Shown here piece after piece: positions 30,263 through 40,507 of a DNA stretch of 64,000 bases; position 1 is the stretch's first letter; each line of letters starts with the position of its first letter. The position numbers and the translations under genes were made by a program. The notes under the pieces are model-generated. The model was not told the DNA's origin, did not search any database, and saw only the letters and a list, made by a program, of their open reading frames with translations. The DNA is from Thermoflexus hugenholtzii JAD2 (GTDB lineage Bacteria; Chloroflexota; Dehalococcoidia; UBA2979): NCBI GenBank assembly GCA_945903275.1, contig CAMDNW010000001.1, forward strand, positions 35,094 through 99,093. The letters run 5' to 3'.

Positions 30263-30780
30263 CGGCCCAGCCCGCGCACGAGCACGACGCCTCCGAGGAG
30301 CATCACCGCCCCGAGCAGTCGGAGGGGACTGAGCGCGTACACTGGCTGACCGAACGCGCCAATGTGATCCAGCGCGATTGCGCCGATCAACTGGCCCGCA
30401 ATAGTTGTGGCGAGGAAGAGCGCTACACCGATGCGGGGAACGATCGCCGCAGCGCCGAAGATGAAGGCCAGCCCGAACAGGCCGGTGATGACGTAGTACA
30501 CCGGCACGTCGCGCGCGATCACCGCAATGCCTGCCGCGGCAGCGACGGCAACCACCAGAAAGATACCTGCTCGGTCGAACGGCGCGGGCAACAGCGGAGG
30601 GTCGCCTCGGAACGCCCGGATCGTGAGGAACGTGGTCAGGCCGCAGACCGTGGCGAGCAGCGAGAGCCATGCCGCCTCGCCGGGACCGCGAGCCCGTCCG
30701 AGCGCGCCGAGCATCGAGGTTTGCAGGGCTGCGCCGAAACCGATAGCGAGCGCGATGAAGAGCGGCAAGACGGTACCCAT
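30259..30780 (-). CDS. DMT-superfamily (YdcZ-like) membrane protein
   Basis: Five hydrophobic segments; GQLIGAIALDHIG motif. Confidence 0.85.
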   Translation of the reverse strand: MGTVLPLFIALAIGFGAALQTSMLGALGRARGPGEAAWLSLLATVCGLTTFLTIRAFRGDPPLLPAPFDRAGIFLVVAVAAAAGIAVIARDVPVYYVITGLFGLAFIFGAAAIVPRIGVALFLATTIAGQLIGAIALDHIGAFGQPVYALSPLRLLGAVMLLGGVVLVRGLGR

Positions 30781-30842
30781 GCCGCGAGTGTACCGTCCGC
30801 GCTGCAAGGTGGAGGTACTGCCATCGCGCCGGGAGGTCAGTC

Positions 30843-31865
30843 GTGCCGTCTACCGTCTTCGTGACCGACCCGACGCACACCGAGCATCACTCGGCCGGCC
30901 ACCCAGAGCGGCCTGAACGCCTCGAAGCGATCGTCGCGCACCTCGAAGCGCTCGGGCTGCGAGGGCGGATGCGTGAACTGGCGCCTCGCGAGGCGACGGA
31001 CGGCGAGTTGCTGGCGGTACACACGCCGGAATTGCTTGCGGCCGTCGAGCGCGCCGCCGCTCGCAGCGCGTTTCTCGACCCTGATACCTACACGACGCCG
31101 GAGACGCCGGGCATCGCGCGCCGCTCGGCGGGAGCGTTGCTTGTGGCGGTCGATGCGGTGTTGCGTGGCGAGGCCGCGAACGGCTTCGTTGCCACACGCC
31201 CCCCGGGGCACCATGCGACTGCGGGGCAGGCGATGGGCTTTTGCTCGTTCAACGGCATAGCGATCGCGGCGGCCTCGGTGCTGCGCGCGGGCGTCGAACG
31301 GTTGGCGATCGTGGATTGGGACGTGCATCACGGAAACGGGACACAGGCGGTCTTCGATGCTGACCCGCGCGTGCTGTACGTGAGCACACATGCCTACCCG
31401 TTCTACCCCGGTACGGGGGGCGTGTCCGAGATCGGTACGGGCGAGGCGCGCGGGACAATGGTGAATGTGCCGCTGCCACGTGAGACCGGCGACGAGGGCT
31501 TTGTCGCTGCGTACGAGCGGGTTGCCGTGCCCGCGCTCGAACGGCACCGCCCGCAACTCGTGCTTGTCTCGTGCGGCTGGGACGCGCACGCGCGCGACTT
31601 TCTCGCAACCCTCAATGTGACGACCGAGGGTTATCTGCGCGCGGCGAGCCTAGTTATCACGGCCGCACGGGGCCTCTGCGACGGCCGCCTCGTCGCGACG
31701 CTAGAAGGCGGCTACGACACCCATGCGCTGGCGTGGTGTTCGAGCGGACTCGCGGAGTTGCTGCTGGGCGAGCCAGTGACGCCTGATCCGGAGCCGGTAG
31801 CGCCGCCGCCGGGGCCGGACGTGACATCGATCATCGAGGCCGTGCGGATAGCGGTGGGGCTGTGA
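30843..31865 (+). CDS. Histone deacetylase family protein
   Basis: HPERPERL, RPPGHHA, GFC, DWDVHHGNGT, GWDAH, LEGGY. Confidence 0.95.
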   Translation: MPSTVFVTDPTHTEHHSAGHPERPERLEAIVAHLEALGLRGRMRELAPREATDGELLAVHTPELLAAVERAAARSAFLDPDTYTTPETPGIARRSAGALLVAVDAVLRGEAANGFVATRPPGHHATAGQAMGFCSFNGIAIAAASVLRAGVERLAIVDWDVHHGNGTQAVFDADPRVLYVSTHAYPFYPGTGGVSEIGTGEARGTMVNVPLPRETGDEGFVAAYERVAVPALERHRPQLVLVSCGWDAHARDFLATLNVTTEGYLRAASLVITAARGLCDGRLVATLEGGYDTHALAWCSSGLAELLLGEPVTPDPEPVAPPPGPDVTSIIEAVRIAVGL

Positions 31866-31875
31866 CACGGGCGCG

Positions 31876-31903
31876 TTGACGCTTCGAGGCCGCGCTTCAT
31901 GCT
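31876..31903 (+). promoter_or_regulatory. Sigma70-like promoter
   Basis: TTGACG-N16-CATGCT upstream of the ABC ATPase fragment. Confidence 0.4.
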
Positions 31904-31991
31904 GGATACACGATGTTGATCTGACCTCGCCCAGCCATCCAGTTACCACGTCCGCCGCCCCAGCGTTGGCGCATTATTGTTGTGAGGTCAG

Positions 31992-32390
31992 ATGCCACCA
32001 CCGCTGAACGAGGCTATCGGCCTCACCAAGCATTATCGTGATTTCACCGTCGTTGCCGGCATCTCGTTCCGTGTCGAGCAGAACGAGTGCTTCGGCCTGC
32101 TCGGGCCGAACGGCGCGGGGAAGAGCACGACGATCAAGATGCTCTCTGCCGTCACGCCGCCCACGTCTGGGTCGCTGACGGTATTCGGCTTCGACGCGTG
32201 GAAGGATGCGCGAGCGGTGAAGGCGCGCATCGGCGTCGTGCCGCAGGAGGATAACTTCGACCCCGACCTGCCGGTGCGGCAGAACCTGGAGGTCTACGCG
32301 CGTTACTACGGCCTCTCGAAGCGGGAGGCCGGCCCGCGCATCGACGAGGCGCTGGCGCTGGCGTTGATGCGGCGGCGGCTGATCGAGTAG
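31992..32390 (+). pseudogene. Truncated ABC ATP-binding protein (NodI/DrrA-like)
   Basis: Walker A GPNGAGKST and Q-loop present; ends before the LSGG signature and Walker B; no permease follows. Confidence 0.75.
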
Positions 32391-32404
32391 CCGCGAGGCG
32401 TGGC

Positions 32405-33625
32405 CTACGCCCGGTACGCCTCGGTCGGTGCAGCGTCGGGCAGGATGTCGATGAAGACCTCGTTCGAGAGCAGTTGCCCGCGCGTCGTGAGGCGGAGGCG
32501 GTCTCTCGCCCATTCAAGCAGGCCGGTGCCGAGGTGCCGCTGGATGGCGGGGCCGAAGATGGACTGTACCGAGTCGCCGAAGCGCGCCTCGAACGCCGAG
32601 GCAGAGACACCTTCCATCAACCGGAGGCCGAGGATCATGGCGTCGGCGCGCATAGTGGCCTCGTCGGGCGATTCGCCGCCCTTGATCTGTTGCATGGTCG
32701 CCGAGCCGACGCCCTCGCGCTCCTCGTGCGTCGCGTTGACGAGTTCGACGTAGCGGTTGGGCGCGTCGACGTTCGCGAAGCGCTGTCCCGCGAAGAAGGA
32801 GTGCGCGCCGGCGCCGATACCGAGGTATGGGTCGGCGTGCCAGTAGACAAGGTTGTGCAGGCACTCGCGTCCCGGCAGCGCCCAATTGGACAGTTCATAG
32901 TGCCGATAGCCAGCAAGGGCCAGGCGGTCGCGCGTCCACTCGTACTGGTCTGCGACTACATCGGGGTCAGGCTCGGGGAGCATGCCCTTGGCGACCTGGT
33001 AGTAGAGCGCGGTGCCCGGCTCGACGGTGAGGGCGTAGCAGGAGAGGTGCTCCGGGCGCAGCGCGAGCGCGCGCTCCAGCGTCTCCTGCCAGCGTCCGAT
33101 CGGCTGATCGATCAGCCCGAAGATGAAGTCGAGGTTCAGGTTGTCGAAGCCAGCGGCTCGGGCGGCCTCGACGGCCTCGATGGCGCGCTCGGCGGTGTGG
33201 ATACGGTCGAGCATCTTCAGTTCGTCATCGTGTAACGACTGGACGCCGATGGAGAGGCGGTTGATGCCGAGCGCGCGCATACCTGCGAGGTGTTCGAGGG
33301 TCAGTTCGCCGGGATTGGCCTCGAGCGTCCACTCGGCGTCGTGGGCGACGTCGTACTGGTTGCGGACGGCGCGGGTGATGGCCTCGAGGTCGGCGAGCGA
33401 CGAGAGGCTCGGGGTGCCGCCCCCGAAGAACACCGTGCGTACCTCGAAACGTCGCGCGGCGGGCGCCCACAGTTCAAGTTCACGGACGAGTGCGGGAGTG
33501 TACTCGGGCACGAGATGTTCGAGGCCTGCGTAGGAGTTGAAGTCGCAGTAGCCGCACTTCGCCGTACAGAACGGGATGTGCAAGTAGAGCGCCAGTGCGG
33601 GCCGGGAGGTGTCTGGGGCAGTCAC
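32405..33625 (-). CDS. hemW: Radical SAM heme chaperone HemW
   Basis: YLHIPFCTAKCGYCDF, GGGTPS, HNLVYW. Confidence 0.93.
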   Translation of the reverse strand: MTAPDTSRPALALYLHIPFCTAKCGYCDFNSYAGLEHLVPEYTPALVRELELWAPAARRFEVRTVFFGGGTPSLSSLADLEAITRAVRNQYDVAHDAEWTLEANPGELTLEHLAGMRALGINRLSIGVQSLHDDELKMLDRIHTAERAIEAVEAARAAGFDNLNLDFIFGLIDQPIGRWQETLERALALRPEHLSCYALTVEPGTALYYQVAKGMLPEPDPDVVADQYEWTRDRLALAGYRHYELSNWALPGRECLHNLVYWHADPYLGIGAGAHSFFAGQRFANVDAPNRYVELVNATHEEREGVGSATMQQIKGGESPDEATMRADAMILGLRLMEGVSASAFEARFGDSVQSIFGPAIQRHLGTGLLEWARDRLRLTTRGQLLSNEVFIDILPDAAPTEAYRA

Positions 33626-33683
33626 CCGCCTAGCGTACCGGGGGAGCGCGCCACCCGCGAGCGGGGTATGACCGGGGTCGCCG

Positions 33684-34040
33684 CTACTCGACCTTCACCA
33701 ACGAAGTCATCGAAAAGTGGATGTTGCACTTGTAGTTAAACGTGCCGACCTTTTCGAACTTCTGGCTGAAGGTTTTGCCTGCATCGAGCTTCTTGGAGTC
33801 GAACGCCTCGTCGGTCGCGGTGACGGTATGCGCGGCGCTGTCCTTGTTCGTCGAAGTGACGGTGGTTCCAGTCTTCACGGTGACCGGGCCGCTGAAGGCG
33901 AAGGAGGCGATAGCGACCTCGCTGCTGCCTGCCGCGCCGACCGATATCTTCGCGGGGGCGGTCTCAGTCTCGCCTCCACAGGCAGCGGCGAACAGAGTGA
34001 GGGCTACAAGGGCCGGTGACGATGTGGCCTCGGGACCTAG
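33684..34040 (-). pseudogene. Plastocyanin/amicyanin-like cupredoxin lipoprotein with damaged 5' end
   Basis: Lipobox FAAAC, AHTVT and YKCNIHFSM Cu ligands; the AGGAGG SD is followed by AGG instead of ATG and a frame change; an in-frame ATG at 34088 could rescue it. Confidence 0.6.
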
Positions 34041-34204
34041 GAGCCTCCTCGGGCGCTGCGATTGAACGCGGCTATACGGCTTCATCATGTATGCGGTGAC
34101 GAGTGGCTGTGGGTACATGTGCCGGGAACTGCAAGTCTTGATGTGACGTAACGGGCGTGCCAGAGACGAGCGGCGGGTATGCTCCGTGCCCCTTGCATAT
34201 CGCG

Positions 34205-34963
34205 ATGAATTTGCCTGCGGGGTTTGAAGTTTCGGCGCGCGAGTTCCTCTCGATGCGTAGCCCTTCTGCGCGCCTCTGGGCCGTCGGCACGGCGGTAGTG
34301 CTGCTGGCCAGCACCGCATTCGTGACGGGCATGGTATCGAGGGCCTCGGCGGCGCTGGCGCTGATGCCTGAGGAGGCAGCGGCGACGGCGGTTGCGAGTG
34401 CGTCGATCGTGCCAGCTGGGACCGTGGTGGAGGCCGTCGCGCCATCCTCGATCGCCGCCGAGGCGACCCCGGCTGCGATCCCTGCGCAGCTGCCCGCGCC
34501 CGACTTTGTCGCGCGCATCGTGATCACGAGGCTGGCAGTCGACCATGGCATCGAGACGCTCGGGGTGGGAGCGGACGGCTACATGCAGTCGCCACGGGAC
34601 GGGGTGAACGCGGTCGGCTGGTACCACGAGTGGGCCACGCCTGGCCGGGCTGGGAACAGTGTGTTTTCGGCCCACGAGACGTGGGACTATCGCCACGGGC
34701 CGTTCTACGCTCTCGTGCGGGCGAAGATCGGCGATGAAGTGACGATCCGGATGACCTCTGAGGCCGTTCACCGGTATGTTGTGGCTAGTAACCGGCGCTA
34801 TCAGGCTGACACGATGCCCGTCGGGAACATCATCTGGCCCGATATGCCCGCCAGCGAAGAATGGGTGACGTTCATCACCTGCGGCGGCCGCTTCGTGCCG
34901 ACCGGCGATGGTCTTGGCGAGTACCTCGACCGCGATGTGATCGTGGCGAAGCGAGTGGGCTAG
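34205..34963 (+). CDS. Class F sortase
   Basis: N-terminal TM, Ala-rich linker, VGWY, PGRAGNSVFSAH, FITCGG, YLDR; start uncertain (34157-34253). Confidence 0.88.
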   Translation: MNLPAGFEVSAREFLSMRSPSARLWAVGTAVVLLASTAFVTGMVSRASAALALMPEEAAATAVASASIVPAGTVVEAVAPSSIAAEATPAAIPAQLPAPDFVARIVITRLAVDHGIETLGVGADGYMQSPRDGVNAVGWYHEWATPGRAGNSVFSAHETWDYRHGPFYALVRAKIGDEVTIRMTSEAVHRYVVASNRRYQADTMPVGNIIWPDMPASEEWVTFITCGGRFVPTGDGLGEYLDRDVIVAKRVG

Positions 34964-35027
34964 TCCGGCCCGGAGGGCCGTGCGACACTCCCCGAATCCC
35001 CCAACGACCACCAAGGAGCCTACGGGC

Positions 35028-36830
35028 GTGATGCGGACACATCGAGGCGGTGAATTACGCGCGGAGCATGCCGGGCAGCCGGTGACGCTTGTGGGCTGGG
35101 TGCACCGGCGGCGCGATCATGGCGGCCTCGCGTTCGTGGACTTGCGGGACGCGTCGGGCATCGTACAGGTGGTGTTTCACCCCGACAGCGCGCCGGAGGC
35201 GGCTGCGGTAGTGGCCGAGGTGCGGAGCGAGTATGTCGTGCGCATCGTGGGTGAGGTGGCGCTGCGCCGCCCCGGCACCGAGAACGCGGAGATGCCGACC
35301 GGCGCTATCGAGGTGATCGCCCAGCGTGCTGAGGTGCTGAACGCCTCGGAGACGCCGCCGTTTCCGGTCAACCAAGAGACCTCTGTCGACGAGATGATGC
35401 GGCTGCGATACCGCTACCTTGACCTTCGCCGCGAGCGGATGGCCCAGAATCTGCGCCTCAGGCACCGCATCGTGAAGTACATGCGCGACTATTTCGACGC
35501 GCGCGACTTCATCGAGGTCGAGACGCCGGTGCTGAACCTCGCGACGCCGGAAGGGGCGCGGGACTATCTGGTGCCGAGCCGGGTGCACCCAGGCCACTTC
35601 TACGCGCTGCCGCAGTCGCCGCAACAGTGGAAGCAACTGTTGATGGTGGCGGGCGTCGAGCGGTACTTCCAGGTCGTGAAGTGCTACCGCGACGAAGACC
35701 TGCGTGCCGACCGGCAGCCGGAGTTTACTCAACTCGACGTGGAAATGTCGTTCGTCGATGAAGACGATGTCCTTGATGTCATGGAAGACTTGTATGCGCG
35801 ACTGGCGGGGGAATCTGCGCCACAGTTCGCGATCCCATCGGGGCGATTCCCGCGGCTGACCTATCAGGACGCGATGGAGCGGTTCGGCTCCGACAAACCC
35901 GATCTGCGGTACGGGCTCGAAATCCGTGACCTCACGCCGCTGGTGACTGACACGGAGTTTGTGGTGTTCCGCAGCGTGATTACGGAGGGGGGTCGAATCC
36001 GGGGCTTCGCCGTGTCAGGTGGGGCGGAGACGCCGCGCCGGGGGATCGACGCGCTCACCGAACTGGCAAAGGAAACCGGCGCGCAGGGCCTCGTGACCGT
36101 CGCGTTCGGCGGCGAGGGCACGTTGGACGGTCTCGCGATCGAGGACGTGCGCTCGACGGTCACGCGCTTTTTCAGCGCGGAACAGTTCGCGGCTTTCGGC
36201 GGGGCGTGCGAGGCGAAGCGCGGCGACCTGCTGCTGATCGCGGCCGGACCGGACGCGCTCACCTCGAAGGTGCTGGATGTGTTGCGGCGGCGGGTAGCGG
36301 AGGATCGCGACCTCGCTGACCCGAATGTGCTGGCATTCGCGTTCGTGACCGAGTTCCCGATGTTCGAGTTCAGCGAGACCGACAGTAAGTGGAACGCGGT
36401 ACACCACCTGTTCACCTCACCATTCGAGGAGGACATGGCGCTGATGACTGAAGACCCGGCGGCGGTGCGCTCGCGCGCCTATGACCTGATTTGCAACGGC
36501 TGGGAGATCGGGGGCGGTTCGATCCGCATGCACCGCCGCGAGGCGCTGATGCGGGTGCTCGCCCGGCTGGGTATCGAGGAGCAAGAGGCCATCGAGAAGT
36601 TTGGGCACATGTTGGAGGCGTTCACCTACGGCGCGCCGCCGCACGGCGGGTTCGCGTGCGGCCTCGACCGCACGGTGGCGCTGTTGGCCGGGGAGCGCGA
36701 TATTCGCGAGGTCATCGCCTTCCCCAAGACCAAATCAGCCTCGGATGTGATGACCGGAGCGCCTCAGCCGGTGAGACAGGCACAACTGGTGGAGGCGCAT
36801 ATCACCGTAGTTGCGCCGCCATCTGTATAA
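35028..36830 (+). CDS. aspS: Aspartate--tRNA ligase (probably non-discriminating)
   Basis: RRRDHGG, EGARDY, LPQSPQ, RDEDLRADRQPEFTQ, GAPPHGG; AAGGAG SD. Confidence 0.97.
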   Translation: MMRTHRGGELRAEHAGQPVTLVGWVHRRRDHGGLAFVDLRDASGIVQVVFHPDSAPEAAAVVAEVRSEYVVRIVGEVALRRPGTENAEMPTGAIEVIAQRAEVLNASETPPFPVNQETSVDEMMRLRYRYLDLRRERMAQNLRLRHRIVKYMRDYFDARDFIEVETPVLNLATPEGARDYLVPSRVHPGHFYALPQSPQQWKQLLMVAGVERYFQVVKCYRDEDLRADRQPEFTQLDVEMSFVDEDDVLDVMEDLYARLAGESAPQFAIPSGRFPRLTYQDAMERFGSDKPDLRYGLEIRDLTPLVTDTEFVVFRSVITEGGRIRGFAVSGGAETPRRGIDALTELAKETGAQGLVTVAFGGEGTLDGLAIEDVRSTVTRFFSAEQFAAFGGACEAKRGDLLLIAAGPDALTSKVLDVLRRRVAEDRDLADPNVLAFAFVTEFPMFEFSETDSKWNAVHHLFTSPFEEDMALMTEDPAAVRSRAYDLICNGWEIGGGSIRMHRREALMRVLARLGIEEQEAIEKFGHMLEAFTYGAPPHGGFACGLDRTVALLAGERDIREVIAFPKTKSASDVMTGAPQPVRQAQLVEAHITVVAPPSV

Positions 36831-36895
36831 TCTCTAAAAACCGTAACCGTCCCCCCTCCGTTCACCTAGCGACCCACACCAGAGGGAGGATTCCG

Positions 36896-38548
36896 ATGAG
36901 TGGCCAGAAGCGAATCTTCGCGATCCTGCTCGGTGTCCTTGCGACGCTTGTTCTGATTGTCGGTGGCCTGTCCACTGTTCTGCTGTTAAGCGGCGGAGCG
37001 CAGGGTGGCGACGGCGGCAGTTCTACCGGCGGTTCCCCCAGACGCGTCGATAGTTCGCCTGCGGGCGGGCGGCTACGATTGCCGGGAACCGATCCGATCA
37101 CGCTCGACCCCGCGGTTGCTGGAGATGCCGGGTCGGCGGACTTCATCGTCGAGATTTTCAGCGGCTTGATGACGATCAGCCCCAAACTGGAGATCGTGCC
37201 CGACCTCGCGGAGTCGTATCAGGTCAGCGACGACGGCAAGGTATACACATTCAAGATTCGCGAGAATGCGGTCTTCCACGACGGCCGGGCGGTCGAGGCG
37301 ACTGATGTGAAGTGCTCAATCGAACGGGCGGCGGCGCGCGAAACGGCCTCACCGACCGCGCCGGTGTACCTGAACGACATCGTTGGCGCGCTGGACAAGA
37401 TGAACGGGCGCGCGCAGGAAATCCGCGGTATCGAGGTCGTCGACCGCAAGACGGTGAAGTTCACCATCGACGCCCCGAAGCCGTACTTCCTCGCAAAACT
37501 GACGTACACCACGGCGATGGTGGTGGACTGCAAGCAGGCGCAGGCGAACCCGCGCAACTGGACGCGCAACCCCAATGCCACCGGTCCGTACAAGTTGAGT
37601 GAGTGGCGTGTCGGCGAGCGCATGGTGCTGGTCGCGAACCCGCGGTTCTACCTCGGCAGCCCCAAGGTGCAGCAGGTGCTGTATCAGTTCTCCGGCGGAT
37701 CGACACTGACCCGGTTCGAGAACAACGAACTGGACGTGGCTGGTATTTCGATCAACGACATCGATAAGGTTCGCGACCAGAACAACCCGCTCAGCAAGCT
37801 CTACGTGACAGGTTCCGACTTCTCGATCTCCTACATCGCGTTTAACACCACGCTGCCACCGTTCGATGATATGAACGTGCGGCGGGCGTTCGGCATGGCA
37901 CTCGACCGCCGGAAGATCACAGACGTGACCTTCAACCGGATGCTTTCGGCGGCGACCGGCATTACGCCTCCGCAAATTCCCGGATTTACCGCGACCGACA
38001 AGTCGCTCAAGTTCGACCCCGAAGGGGCGAGACGTGCGCTGGCTGCCTCCAAGTACGCGGGGAAGATGCCTGCCGTCACGATGACCGAGATCGGCGGCGG
38101 CGCTGAAGCTGGCCTCGACACGCAGGCCTACCTCGAATCATGGCGAACCGTGCTTGGGGTGACGGTGCAGGTGAAGCAGAGCGACGCCGCCTCGTTCTTC
38201 GCCGACCTTGACGGCCAGAAACTGCAGATGTTCAACGCCGCGTGGATCATGGACTATCCCGATCCCGAGGACATCTTGGATCTCAAGTTTCACTCGAAGT
38301 CCACGTTGAACGACATCGCGTACTCTAACCCGCAGGTAGACGCGCTGCTGGAGCGCGCGCGCGTGGAGCGAGACCCGGTGGCACGCTTGAAGATGTATCA
38401 AGACGTTGAGAAGTTGATCGTCGATGACGCAGCTTGGCTACCGCTCTACTTCTCGCAGAATCACTCGGTCGTGAACTCCTCCGTCAAGGGCTGGTTCCAG
38501 CGGCCGATGGTCATCCCGCGGTTGCGGTTCTTGAGCGTGGAGCGCTAG
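36896..38548 (+). CDS. Peptide ABC transporter substrate-binding protein (family 5)
   Basis: TLDPA, PDLAES, YTFKIR...FHDG, TGPYKL, WIMDYPDPE. Confidence 0.92.
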   Translation: MSGQKRIFAILLGVLATLVLIVGGLSTVLLLSGGAQGGDGGSSTGGSPRRVDSSPAGGRLRLPGTDPITLDPAVAGDAGSADFIVEIFSGLMTISPKLEIVPDLAESYQVSDDGKVYTFKIRENAVFHDGRAVEATDVKCSIERAAARETASPTAPVYLNDIVGALDKMNGRAQEIRGIEVVDRKTVKFTIDAPKPYFLAKLTYTTAMVVDCKQAQANPRNWTRNPNATGPYKLSEWRVGERMVLVANPRFYLGSPKVQQVLYQFSGGSTLTRFENNELDVAGISINDIDKVRDQNNPLSKLYVTGSDFSISYIAFNTTLPPFDDMNVRRAFGMALDRRKITDVTFNRMLSAATGITPPQIPGFTATDKSLKFDPEGARRALAASKYAGKMPAVTMTEIGGGAEAGLDTQAYLESWRTVLGVTVQVKQSDAASFFADLDGQKLQMFNAAWIMDYPDPEDILDLKFHSKSTLNDIAYSNPQVDALLERARVERDPVARLKMYQDVEKLIVDDAAWLPLYFSQNHSVVNSSVKGWFQRPMVIPRLRFLSVER

Positions 38549-38561
38549 CGGGGAGCGGACG

Positions 38562-39548
38562 ATGACCGGCTATGTGATCCGCCGGCTCGCGATTCTCCCG
38601 TTCACGCTGTTTGTCGTGTCGTTCTTCACGTTTGCGATCGCGCGGTTCGGCCCCGGCGACCCGATTACCGTAACCGCAGGGCAGATTCGCGACCGCGAGG
38701 TGCTGGCGCGGATCCGGGCTGAGCGCGGCCTCGACGGGACGATTGCGGAGCAGTACATCCGCTGGGTGGGGCGAGCGGTTCAGGGCGACCTAGGCGAGTC
38801 GTATATCCAGCGCGGCTACTCAGTGCGCGAACTGATCGTGCCGAAGATGATGGTCTCAGCACAGTTAAACATCCTCGCGATCTTCTTCGTGTTCGCCATC
38901 GGAGTGCCGATGGGTCTGATCGCGGCGTGGTTCAACGGGAAATGGCTCGACCCGTTCATCATCTCGGCGCTTCTGTTCTTCAGCGCGATTCCGGTGCTGG
39001 TCGTGATCCCACCGCTCCAGTGGCTGTTGGCGGTGCAGTTCAAGATTCTCCCGGTTGGCGGCTGGGACGGCCTGATTGATATCGTCTGGATTGCGGGCGT
39101 GATCGCGATCCCGGTTCCCGATCCGCACTTGTACCTGCCACTACTGGTGATGACGATTCCCGGTTTTGCGGGCGTCGCACGCCTCGTGCGGATCACGGCG
39201 TTGCAGGTGGCGTCGGAGGACTACGTGCGTACGGCGCGGGCAAAGGGGCTGAAGGAGTCGACGGTTGCGCTGCGGCACGTCCTCCCGAACTCACTGCTGC
39301 CGCTCATCACGGTCATCGGGCTCTCGCTGGCGGACATCCTCTCAGGGGCGTACTTCACGGAAACGCTGCTCGGCATCCCCGGCATCGGCTCGTTCACTTT
39401 CGAGTCGGTGCGGAGCCGTGACTACGATGTGATCCTAGCGACGACGCTGATCGTGGCGTTTTTCTTCATCGTGATGAACCTCATCACCGACCTCGCGTAT
39501 GCCCGGATCGATCCGCGGGTGCGATTGGGCGCGAGGATCGATTCGTGA
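38562..39548 (+). CDS. Peptide ABC permease (OppB/DppB)
   Basis: PGDP, DYVRTARAKGL, RDY. Confidence 0.93.
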   Translation: MTGYVIRRLAILPFTLFVVSFFTFAIARFGPGDPITVTAGQIRDREVLARIRAERGLDGTIAEQYIRWVGRAVQGDLGESYIQRGYSVRELIVPKMMVSAQLNILAIFFVFAIGVPMGLIAAWFNGKWLDPFIISALLFFSAIPVLVVIPPLQWLLAVQFKILPVGGWDGLIDIVWIAGVIAIPVPDPHLYLPLLVMTIPGFAGVARLVRITALQVASEDYVRTARAKGLKESTVALRHVLPNSLLPLITVIGLSLADILSGAYFTETLLGIPGIGSFTFESVRSRDYDVILATTLIVAFFFIVMNLITDLAYARIDPRVRLGARIDS

Positions 39549-40507
39549 CGACAACCGTGACGCCTGCTTCCCCGGCAGCAGCGACACTGCCTCGGCAGCG
39601 CGGCCCGGTTGCGCAGTTCTGGTACCGGTTGCGCCGGAAGAAACTGGCGATGATCTCGCTGGTCGTGATTGCGGTGATCTACGGGGGTGGTATCACGGCG
39701 CCAGTGGTCGCGCCATACACGTACAACGAGCAGAACCTTGAAAACGCCCTGCAGCCGATGAGCAGCGAACACTGGTTCGGCACGGATCGCCTAGGGCGCG
39801 ACATGTTCAGCCGGACGCTCTATTCGGCGCGGACCACGCTGGTGGTGAGCGTGGCGGTACTGGTGAGCGGCTCGCTCATCATCGGCAATGGCCTCGGGCT
39901 GTTGGCAGGCTACCGGGGCGGCTGGGTGGACAACGCGGTCATGCGCGTGGGGGAGGTGCTCTCGGCGCTTCCAGGTTTACCGATGCTGATCCTCGTCAAT
40001 GCGGCGCTTGGGCCTCGTGTGCTGGAATTTGTGCAGTGGGCGCAGCAAGGCACGCCACTGGCTGGGGTGGCGCGTGACTTTGCCTCGTATATGACAGTGT
40101 TCATGGCGCTGTCGCTGTTTTTCTGGGTAGGGACGGCGCGGCTTATCCGTTCGCAAGTGCTTCAATTGCGGGAACGGGATTTCGTCACGGCGGCCCGGGC
40201 GTTGGGTGGAAGCACCTCGCACATCCTCTGGAAGCACCTGCTGCCGAACATCGCCTTCCTCGTGGTGCTCCAGATATCGGGCACGCTCGGCGGGGTGGCG
40301 GGGTCCGAGATCGCGCTGACCTGGTTCGGGGTCGGCGTCCAGCCGCCGACGCCGTCCTTTGGCGCCATGATCTACGAGGGCTCCGGGGCGCGAAACTTCC
40401 AGACGCATCCTCATCTCCTGTTGGTGCCGGGGCTGACGGTTTCGGCGCTATTGTTCGCCTTCGTGCTGCTCGGCGACGCTATTAACGATGTGATTCGCGA
40501 CCGCTGA
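39545..40507 (+). CDS. Peptide ABC permease (OppC/DppC)
   Basis: HWFGTDRLGRD, FVTAARALG, HLLPN. Confidence 0.93.
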   Translation: MTTTVTPASPAAATLPRQRGPVAQFWYRLRRKKLAMISLVVIAVIYGGGITAPVVAPYTYNEQNLENALQPMSSEHWFGTDRLGRDMFSRTLYSARTTLVVSVAVLVSGSLIIGNGLGLLAGYRGGWVDNAVMRVGEVLSALPGLPMLILVNAALGPRVLEFVQWAQQGTPLAGVARDFASYMTVFMALSLFFWVGTARLIRSQVLQLRERDFVTAARALGGSTSHILWKHLLPNIAFLVVLQISGTLGGVAGSEIALTWFGVGVQPPTPSFGAMIYEGSGARNFQTHPHLLLVPGLTVSALLFAFVLLGDAINDVIRDR

